Below, one piece after another: positions 39,938-47,809 of a stretch of DNA of 64,000 bases; the stretch's first letter is position 1; the number at the start of each line of letters is the position of its first letter. The notes beneath the pieces are model-generated. The model did no database searches. It saw only the letters and a program-made list of their open reading frames with translations, and had not been told where the DNA came from. The DNA is from an uncultured Actinomycetes bacterium. Its GTDB lineage: Bacteria; Actinomycetota; Thermoleophilia; RBG-16-64-13. A program made the position numbers and the translations under genes. The stretch lies in assembly GCA_963706025.1 (NCBI GenBank), contig CAVPLM010000003.1, forward strand, positions 608,001-672,000, given 5' to 3'.

Positions 39938-41818
39938 ATGGCATACGGTTACGCGGGAAAACTGCTCTTTGTCGACCTGACCGCCGGTACCATCCGCGAA
40001 GAAACGCCCGAAGAAGGTTTCTATCGCGAATGGATCGGAGGGACCGGCCTGGGGGCCAGGGTCATGATGGAGCGCACCAAGCCGGGTATCGATCCCCTGG
40101 GCCCCGAGAACATGCTGGCCTTCACGACGGGACCGCTCACCGCGACGGGCGTCTACGGCGGGGGCAGGTATACCGTCACCGCCAAGTCACCATTGACAGG
40201 GGCCTGGGCCGACTCCAACTCCGGCGGATACTTCGGGCCGGAATTGAAGAACGCCGGCTACGATGGGGTCTTTTTCACGGGCGCCGCCGAGCGCCCTGCC
40301 TGCTTGGTCATCGATGCCGGGCGGGCGCGGCTGATCGAGGCCGCGCAGCTCTGGGGGAAAGACACCTATGAGACCGACGACGCGCTGCAGGCCGAGCTGG
40401 GAGATCCGGGGAGCTGGAGGATCGCCTGCATCGGTCCGTCGGGCGAGCAGTGTTCCCTGCTGGCCGGGATCGTCAACGAGAAGGGCAGGATAGCCGCCCG
40501 CTCCGGCGTGGGGGCGGTCATGGGCTCGAAGAAGCTGAAGGCGATCGCGGTCCGAGCCGCCAAGGGCGCCCGCATCGGCGTGGCCGACAAGGCCGGGCTC
40601 AAAGCCGCACAGAAGGAGTACGCTGAGGTCCTCAAGAGCCATCCCTTTCACTCCGGGCTCACCGCTGCCGGTACGGGTGGAAGCACGAGCTTCCTGCTCT
40701 CCATCGGAGACTCCCCGGTGGACAACTGGACACGTACGGGCAGCGACGCCCTGCCCGGATGCAGCAGTCTCGACGGCCCCAAAATGGACGTCTACAAACT
40801 GAAGGCCTACGGTTGTAGCACCTGTCCCGTCCGCTGCGGCGCGCTGGTACGGATCGACGAAGGCCCGTTCGCCAGCCAGGACGAGCTTCACCGGCCCGAA
40901 TACGAGACGCTGGCCGCTCTCGGGGTCAACTGCCGCAACGACAATGTGCAGGCTGTCATACGTGCGAACGAGATCTGCAATCGCTACGGTCTCGACACCA
41001 TGGGCGTGGGCAATAGCATCTCGTTCGCGATGGAGTGCTACGAGAACGGTCTCATCGGCTCGAGCGATACGGGGGGTTTGGAGCTCACTTGGGGGCACGC
41101 GGAGGCCCTCGTCGCTCTCACCGAGCTGATCGCAAGGCGGGAGGGTCTTGGCGCAGCCTTGGCCGACGGCTCCAAGGTGGCGTCCCAGCAGATAGGCCGG
41201 GGCAGTGAGGAGTACGCCATGCACGTGGCCGGCCGAGCGGTTCCCTATCACGACCCTCGCATGGCGCCCAGCAGCGGCACCTTCTATATCGGTGATGCCC
41301 AGCCGGCCCAACATCTGGGACCCCAAAGCATGGCGTTGCTCGAGCAAGGGGCGCCTCTGGGGCCCGACCCCCTGCTGCAACCGGGCGATTCGGGCGAGCT
41401 CTATGGTGACTACGACAAGAAGGGCGACATCTACGCCCGCGGAGCGGCCTGTATCCAGCTGCTGAGCTCGGCCGGACTCTGTGCGCTGTATGCTCATTTC
41501 TACACTCCCCCGTTGGTCGAGCTCTTGCGGCCGGTCACCGGTTGGGACATCGACTGGAGCGAGGGGCTGAAGACGGGAAGGCGGATCCTCACTCTGCGGC
41601 AGGCGTTCAACCACCGCGAGGGGCTCACTCCGGACGAGTTCCGGCTGCCTAAGAGATTCGAGGCGCCGTTGAGCGTCGGACCCGCCGCGGGACATGCGAT
41701 CCCCTTCGCCCACTTGAGGGACAAGTACTTCGAGACCATGGGCTGGGATCCGCGGACGGGCAGTCCCCTGCCGGAGACGCTCTCCGATCTGGGTATAGAC
41801 CCTTCGCTGGTGGTTTGA
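39938..41818 (+). CDS. tungsten aldehyde:ferredoxin oxidoreductase (AOR family)
   Basis: GYAGKLLFVDLT, GG.GLG, KSPLTG, CIGPSGE, ARSGVGAVMGSKKLKAI, CSTCPVRC, PEYET, GLDT. Confidence 0.94.
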   Translation: MAYGYAGKLLFVDLTAGTIREETPEEGFYREWIGGTGLGARVMMERTKPGIDPLGPENMLAFTTGPLTATGVYGGGRYTVTAKSPLTGAWADSNSGGYFGPELKNAGYDGVFFTGAAERPACLVIDAGRARLIEAAQLWGKDTYETDDALQAELGDPGSWRIACIGPSGEQCSLLAGIVNEKGRIAARSGVGAVMGSKKLKAIAVRAAKGARIGVADKAGLKAAQKEYAEVLKSHPFHSGLTAAGTGGSTSFLLSIGDSPVDNWTRTGSDALPGCSSLDGPKMDVYKLKAYGCSTCPVRCGALVRIDEGPFASQDELHRPEYETLAALGVNCRNDNVQAVIRANEICNRYGLDTMGVGNSISFAMECYENGLIGSSDTGGLELTWGHAEALVALTELIARREGLGAALADGSKVASQQIGRGSEEYAMHVAGRAVPYHDPRMAPSSGTFYIGDAQPAQHLGPQSMALLEQGAPLGPDPLLQPGDSGELYGDYDKKGDIYARGAACIQLLSSAGLCALYAHFYTPPLVELLRPVTGWDIDWSEGLKTGRRILTLRQAFNHREGLTPDEFRLPKRFEAPLSVGPAAGHAIPFAHLRDKYFETMGWDPRTGSPLPETLSDLGIDPSLVV

Positions 41819-41877
41819 GGAAGTTGTTCTCTTTAGTTACGAGTACCCCTGCGGTGACCGGAAAGGATTAAGAAGCC

Positions 41878-43254
41878 ATGATCTCTGAAGCCGAACTGAA
41901 AGAGCTTTCGTTCCCCGATGCTCCCCAGATGGTCTGTGAGGTCCCTGGGCCCCGAGTGATGGCGCTCATGGCCGAATCGGCCAAATATGAAGCCTTCACC
42001 CGAGGGGGCGGGGGATTCCCGGTCATCTTGGAGCACGGCAAGGGAGCCACGGTCAAAGACGCCGACGGCAACCTCTACATCGACATGGCGGCCGGCGTGG
42101 CCGTGAACGCGGTGGGGCGGGGCCACCCCAAGATACTGGAAGCCATCCAGCGCCAGTCGGGCGTCATCATGCACACCACCGACATCACCAACCCCAAGAG
42201 GATCGAACTTGCGAAGAAGGTCTCCGGAGTCATGCCCCCCGGGCTGCGGGGCAACTGCCACACCTCCTTCTTCCAGGCCGGTTCCGATGCGGTAGAGACG
42301 GCCATCAAGTTCTCCCGGCGTCACACCGGCCGCACCCAGATCATCGCCTTCCAGGGCGCCTACCACGGCGTGTGGTGCGGCACCTCGGCTCTCACCACCG
42401 GGTACAACTACCGGCACGGCTGGGGCCCTCTGATCGCCGGGGTCCAGCACCTACCGTACGCCTACTGCTACCGCTGCCCCTTCAACATGACCTATCCGGC
42501 CTGCGATGTGCAGTGCGCTCAGTACGTGGACTACGTCTTGAACACGCCCTATACGGCCGCCGATGACGTCGCCGCCGTCATCATCGAATCCGAGCAGGGC
42601 GAGGGGGGCTACGTGGCCCCGCCGCCCGAGTTCTTCCAGATCATAAAGGCAGCCTGCGAGAAATACGGCTGCCTCTATGTGGCCGACGAGGTGCAGTCCG
42701 GGGCCGGCCGCACCGGCAAGATGTGGTGCATCGAGCACGCGGGTGTGGAGCCGGACATGCTCACCTGGGGCAAGGGCATGGGTGGGGACATACCCATGGC
42801 CGGGATCACCTACCGGGCCGATATCGAAAAGAGTCTGTCCGAAGGCTCGCAGCCCAGCACCTTCGCCGGCAACGCTCTGGGGTGTGAGGTCTGCATGACC
42901 AACATCGACCTTATCACCGACCCGGAGATGGATCTCATGGGCCGGGCGGCCACGCTTGGGGAGGAGATCCGGGGACTGTTCACCGAGGCCATGAAGTCGG
43001 TCACGGCCATCGGCGACGTACGCGGAAGAGGTCTCATGATCGGGGTCGAGATCGTGGCTGACCAGAAGACCAAGGAGCCTCCGGCACCCGCCAAGGTGGG
43101 CGAGCTGGCCATGAAGCTCCTCAACCGCGGGATCCTGATAACGCCGTGCGGCCGCTACGGCAACGTGTTCCGCTTCATGCCGCCACTCACCATTCCCCGA
43201 GACTACGCCCTCAAGGCCACCGACGTCATGATCGACGTCCTCAAGGAGTGGTAG
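41878..43254 (+). CDS. class III PLP aminotransferase (omega-amine/GABA-AT type)
   Basis: DADGNLYIDM, GSDAVETAIK, GAYHG, ESEQGEGG, ADEVQSGAGRTG, WGKGMGG (PLP Lys), STFAGN, VRGRGLMIG. Confidence 0.94.
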   Translation: MISEAELKELSFPDAPQMVCEVPGPRVMALMAESAKYEAFTRGGGGFPVILEHGKGATVKDADGNLYIDMAAGVAVNAVGRGHPKILEAIQRQSGVIMHTTDITNPKRIELAKKVSGVMPPGLRGNCHTSFFQAGSDAVETAIKFSRRHTGRTQIIAFQGAYHGVWCGTSALTTGYNYRHGWGPLIAGVQHLPYAYCYRCPFNMTYPACDVQCAQYVDYVLNTPYTAADDVAAVIIESEQGEGGYVAPPPEFFQIIKAACEKYGCLYVADEVQSGAGRTGKMWCIEHAGVEPDMLTWGKGMGGDIPMAGITYRADIEKSLSEGSQPSTFAGNALGCEVCMTNIDLITDPEMDLMGRAATLGEEIRGLFTEAMKSVTAIGDVRGRGLMIGVEIVADQKTKEPPAPAKVGELAMKLLNRGILITPCGRYGNVFRFMPPLTIPRDYALKATDVMIDVLKEW

Positions 43255-43354
43255 CAGGCTGTGGGGCTCTTCGTCTAGCTGCGCACAATACTGAAGCGAA
43301 GCAGTCTTCGTGCGGAGTCGGCCGCCGAGATCCGCTACCAGGAAGGGAGCGAAT

Positions 43355-44281
43355 GTGTCCCTGAAGTACAAGGTGTTCTTGCATAGCTACCTCGGCTTCA
43401 ACAGCAACTCCACCTTGTTCTACGGGGAGAAGGATGCAGTTCTGATCGATGCCTCTCAACTCCTGAGCGACACCCACAAGATGGTCGCCCAGATGATCCC
43501 CATGAGGAAGAACCTGACCCACATCTACGTCTCGCACTTCCACCCGGACCATCATTTCGGGCTGGGCGTGCTGCAGAGCGCCTTCCCGCAGGCGAAGATC
43601 GTGGCCCTGCCGAGTGTCGTCAAGGACGTGGTCTTCACCTCCAGCGACAAAGTCGACATGTGGGCCATCGATCGCTTTGGCCCCGACATCCCCACCAAGA
43701 CCACGATCCCCATGCCGCTCCACGAGCCTCGTCTCGAGCTGGAAGGCCAGGAGCTGCTTTTCTCGGACGACTGGGAGGGAGATAGCATCAACAACTCCGT
43801 GGTCTGGGTCCCCTCGATCGGGGTTGCCTGCGCGACGGACGTGGCCTTTCACGACTGCAACCTGTGGCCCATCGAGAGCAACGTCGAGCGGCGGGTGAGA
43901 TGGAGGAGCTCGATCAGCAAGCTCATGGACTTCGGCCCCCGGATCGTCATCCCCGGCCACCACGACGAGGCCAAGTTGCGGATCCTCGAGGAGGTCCAGG
44001 AGGACTCCTCCCGCACGTACACCGATTGCGTCGATTGGTCGCTTCGATACCTGGACGTCTATGACGAGGTGTACAGCACCGCTACGAACGGCGCTGAGCT
44101 GGTCGAAGGCATGAACAAGTACTACGGGGACGTGAAAGCCGAGGACTTCGCCCTCCACTGGCAGGCGAGACTGCTCTTCCCGCGTAGCTGCCCCGACTGG
44201 TTCACTCCGCTGCCGGGAGAACCCGGGAAGATCTTTCTGAATCCCAGCGGCGGGTTCGACGGCGATCCACCCAAGGAATAG
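43355..44281 (+). CDS. MBL-fold metallo-hydrolase
   Basis: VLID, SHFHPDHHFG (HxHxDH), TD, VIPGH. Confidence 0.9.
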   Translation: MSLKYKVFLHSYLGFNSNSTLFYGEKDAVLIDASQLLSDTHKMVAQMIPMRKNLTHIYVSHFHPDHHFGLGVLQSAFPQAKIVALPSVVKDVVFTSSDKVDMWAIDRFGPDIPTKTTIPMPLHEPRLELEGQELLFSDDWEGDSINNSVVWVPSIGVACATDVAFHDCNLWPIESNVERRVRWRSSISKLMDFGPRIVIPGHHDEAKLRILEEVQEDSSRTYTDCVDWSLRYLDVYDEVYSTATNGAELVEGMNKYYGDVKAEDFALHWQARLLFPRSCPDWFTPLPGEPGKIFLNPSGGFDGDPPKE

Positions 44282-44347
44282 GCTCCGTCGTTCTGTTCGG
44301 GAGGGAGATGGACCGCACGCACTTCCCACGAGAAGGGGGGCAAAGAG

Positions 44348-45163
44348 ATGCAGTTGGAAGGTAGGGTGGCACTCATCACCGGGGGCGGCACGGGCATCGG
44401 CGCAGCGGTCGCCGAGCGCTTCGTGGCGGAGGGTGCACGAGTATGCATCACCGGCCGGCGCCGGGAGATGCTGGAGAAGGTGGCAGAGTCGTTGCCCCCC
44501 GGAAGCGTCACCGTGTTCGCCGGCGACGTCAGCGAGGACGGGGCTGCGGAGCGCATGGTCGACGCGGCTCTCGGCATCGGCGGCCGGCTCGATATCCTGG
44601 TCAACAACGCGGCGATCGAGCACAACGCGAACATCGTCGAGATGGACCCGGCGGTCTGGCGGCAGACGCTCGAGGTCAACCTCACCGGGCCGTTCCTCAT
44701 GATGAAAGCAGCCATCCCGAGAATGATCGACGGGGGTGAAGGCTCGATAATCAATGTGTCCTCCCTGGCCGGAGTGGTGGCCGTACCCGGCGCGCCGGCC
44801 TACTGCGCCACGAAGGCTGGGATAATCCATCTCACCAAGCAGGTGGCGCTTGACTATGGCAAGCACAACGTGCGCTGCAACGTCATCTGCCCGGGTCCCA
44901 TACGGACCGGCATGCTCGAGATGAATTTCAAGCCCTTGGCGGAGCTCCTGAAGACCGACATGGACGGAGTGTTCGAAAAGGTGCGCGAGAACGTGCCCTT
45001 GCGCCGCATCGCCAACCCGGCCGACCTCGCCGGCGTGTTTGTCTTCCTGGCGAGTGACGATTCGCGCTTCATGACCGGCTCGACGGTGCTTGCCGACGGC
45101 GGCGTGCATTTCGTCGACGCGTTCGCCGCGGGGGTGGGCCATTACGGGGCGACCTGGGGGTAG
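44348..45163 (+). CDS. short-chain dehydrogenase/reductase (probably NADP-preferring)
   Basis: TGGGTGIG, ITGRR, VNNA, IINVSS, YCATK, CPGPI.T, DGG. Confidence 0.93.
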   Translation: MQLEGRVALITGGGTGIGAAVAERFVAEGARVCITGRRREMLEKVAESLPPGSVTVFAGDVSEDGAAERMVDAALGIGGRLDILVNNAAIEHNANIVEMDPAVWRQTLEVNLTGPFLMMKAAIPRMIDGGEGSIINVSSLAGVVAVPGAPAYCATKAGIIHLTKQVALDYGKHNVRCNVICPGPIRTGMLEMNFKPLAELLKTDMDGVFEKVRENVPLRRIANPADLAGVFVFLASDDSRFMTGSTVLADGGVHFVDAFAAGVGHYGATWG

Positions 45164-45497
45164 AGGTTGGGGGTCATGTGGGTCCTCTTCCAGCTGCGCA
45201 CAAAGGCCTGTGCGACTCTTCCAGAGAACCCACATGACCTCCCCAGACTGAAAGATGAGGAGCAGGGCCCGGCGCCAAGACGCGACGCGCGCAAGTCACG
45301 CACGTGCAGGGTCCCGGGGATCTGACGTGGCGCGGTTCATGGCCCTTTGAAGGAAGAATCGCACCCGCGCTGCTGGGACAAAGGGCCATGACCGAAGCTT
45401 GTGCGACCCTTCCGGGGAACCCGTTCGGCCCCTCTTCTTGATGGCAGGCGGGCTGAAGAGCCTCAGAGGACCACGCCGGTCCATTTCCGGCCGTAGA

Positions 45498-45896
45498 CTA
45501 CGCGCTGGTTTCTTCTTTGAGAAACGCGCGAACACGGTCGCGGTCCTCGTTCTCCTTGTCACCCTTGAAGTAGATCTCGACCAGAACAACTCGGTCTCGC
45601 GCGGCTTCATATCCATAGATCACCCTCATGCCGCTCTTGCTACCGGTGCCCTTGAGTGCCCTGCAGGCCATGCGAACTACCTTGAACACCACGATCTCTT
45701 CCGAGATTTGGACGCCGGCCATTCTTTCAATATGCCCAGCGTCGACGCCCAAGTGATGAAACGGATGAAGACCACTCTTGATAAGAGTCCCTAGGTCCTC
45801 GTCAAGGGAGCGATACTTCTTCTTTAGAGCCTTCAGGTCGCGGTTGAACTCGGGGCGCCGCTCGATGATGCCGAAGGGGGAATCAGCCAAGATCAC
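45498..45896 (-). CDS. RelE/ParE-like toxin
   Basis: PEFNRDLKALKKKYRSLDEDL...FKVVRM...GSKSGMRVIY...LVEIYFKGDKEN; overlaps upstream antitoxin stop. Confidence 0.75.
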   Translation of the reverse strand: MILADSPFGIIERRPEFNRDLKALKKKYRSLDEDLGTLIKSGLHPFHHLGVDAGHIERMAGVQISEEIVVFKVVRMACRALKGTGSKSGMRVIYGYEAARDRVVLVEIYFKGDKENEDRDRVRAFLKEETSA

Positions 45897-46675
45897 GCCT
45901 TACGGAGTACTCCGGGGTCCGATAGAACACGCTCTCGTAGTCCAGAACCTCACCCTCATCGGCAACGAGCCACGGCACGTCTCTGTGTGAGTATTCCGCA
46001 ATCTTGGAGGCGTTCATGTCGGAGAGTCGGCAGATGACTTCATCAATGGTCTGGATTTCCCGGCCGTTGAGAACAGATAGGTCCGGTTCGCGGAGAGCCA
46101 TGTATCGCTTCTGTCTCATGCCGTAGTACTCAGACCCGTAAGCCTGCAGATCGTTCTCAGCCACCATCGTTCGAGCTATGTCCTGGAACTCAACCGGGAG
46201 AGGTCCGAATTCCCTCTTTAACATACGTAGCCCCGACCAGCTGCTCCTCATACCGCTCGTAGTAATCGAAGTCGATGAAATAGAGGAGCTTGTAGAGAAC
46301 GGTCTCTCCCACATTGGGCTTCCCGCCGACACGGGTCAACAAGTAAAGGAGGGTCTCCTTGAACTTCTGAACGTTTTTCTGCGGAACGCTAATGCGGAGC
46401 CCGGCATCCCTCTTCAAAGGGGCGGCGCGTTGCTCGAGAACCACCTGCGGCCGTCTTGTGGGATCCACTAGGTAGTCAGCCGGGATTCCAAGAGCACAGG
46501 AAAACCTCTGCAACTCGTCTGCAGTCACCTTACGTCTTCCGGCTTCGATCTGGCCAATCGCCACTCGCGACAGACCGACCAGCCGACCCAGGTCTTCCTG
46601 TGTCATTTCGAGCTCTGTGCGAACCTTACCTATCTGTTCGCCGAGCCGACGATCAAACTCCGTTCCTCTGCTCAT
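45883..46675 (-). CDS. XRE-HTH + DUF4065 (Panacea/SocA/GepA) antitoxin, frameshift near 46215
   Basis: IGKVRTELEMTQEDLGRLVGLSRVAIGQIEAGRR; VLYKLLYFIDFDYYE...GATYVK / FGPLP; ASKIAEYSHRDVPW. Confidence 0.82.
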
Positions 46676-46901
46676 GGAGCCTCCCTTTCGAGAGACACTC
46701 TAGACGATGTCATCAATATCTGTCAATCATAAGAAAGAAAAGCCTTCATCATCCCAGCCGCGACTCATCGGCGTCGGCAAGTTCCCGTGCACCCCAGCTA
46801 CTCGGACAACACCAACGCCGCTACCCGGCAAGCAGCTGCAAACGCCGGCTCGACCTCCTGACGGTGGTCGCGGAGTCCGAGGAGGGAGATGGGCGAAAAG
46901 A

Positions 46902-46933
46902 TGGCCCCCCGCCGCTTCTCGCGGCGGGGGGCC
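46902..46933 (-). terminator. hairpin terminator after transhydroxylase-like beta gene
   Basis: GGCCCCCCGCCGC-TTCTC-GCGGCGGGGGGCC with A-rich flank on +. Confidence 0.7.
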
Positions 46934-46990
46934 GATCGTCTCCGGTACTTCGCCTGACCCCGGGGCTGCTTGGAGCCCTGACGGGCGCAG

Positions 46991-47809
46991 TTACTTGGTC
47001 AGAGCGATGTCTCCGAGGTTGACGTCCTTCTCCGTGCTGATCTCATCGAAGGTCTTGGCGGCGAAGCCCTTGGCCGAGATGGTCAGCTTGTAGGTGCCGT
47101 CGGCCAGTCCCTTGAACCAGAAATCGCCGAAGGCGTCGGTGGTGGCGGTAAGCGTCGCGCCTTTGTCCGGTCCGGTCAGGGTACAGGTCGCTCCGATGAC
47201 CACTTCTTTGTCGACCGGATCGTAGACCGTGCCCGCGACGAACTTCTTGGGGATGTTCAGGTAGTAGACCCGGGGTTTGGCCCCGAGCTCGGGCTTCAAT
47301 ACCTCAGCCTTGGCGATGTCGGCGGCGAATTCGCTCTCCTCACCGAATTTGATGGCCAGAGTGGGGCACGCGTCGGCGCACCTGGGGATCTTCCACTCGC
47401 CGCCATCGAGCAGGTGGGCGCAGCCGGTGCATTTCTGCGCGAGGTTCAGGTCGTCGTTGAAGTAGATGGCGTCGTAAGGACAGGCATCGACGCATAGCCT
47501 ACAACCCGTACACTTCACCGAGTCGATGATGACCAGCCCGTCTTCTCTCTTGTAGATGGCGCCCTCGATGGGGCAGGGCGGGATGCACGGAGGCTCATCG
47601 CAGTGCATGCAGGGGTTCGGGACATAGTGCATTTCGACCTTCGGCACGGTCCCTCTGATGTGTTCGTCCAGCCTCATCCAGAATTGCCCGGTATCCGGCT
47701 GGGGCTTGGCGATCGGCGACCAGTCATTGCCGACGTGCTCGTCTTTGCAGACGAACTGGCAGGCGTAGCAACCTACGCAGAGACCAACGTCAATAACGAA
47801 TACCTTCAT
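46991..47809 (-). CDS. pyrogallol transhydroxylase-type beta subunit (Fe-S + C-terminal beta-sandwich)
   Basis: CVGCYACQFVCKDEH; CMHC..PPC; YKREDGLVIID; QKCTGCAH; TTDAFGDFWF. Confidence 0.9.
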   Translation of the reverse strand: MKVFVIDVGLCVGCYACQFVCKDEHVGNDWSPIAKPQPDTGQFWMRLDEHIRGTVPKVEMHYVPNPCMHCDEPPCIPPCPIEGAIYKREDGLVIIDSVKCTGCRLCVDACPYDAIYFNDDLNLAQKCTGCAHLLDGGEWKIPRCADACPTLAIKFGEESEFAADIAKAEVLKPELGAKPRVYYLNIPKKFVAGTVYDPVDKEVVIGATCTLTGPDKGATLTATTDAFGDFWFKGLADGTYKLTISAKGFAAKTFDEISTEKDVNLGDIALTK

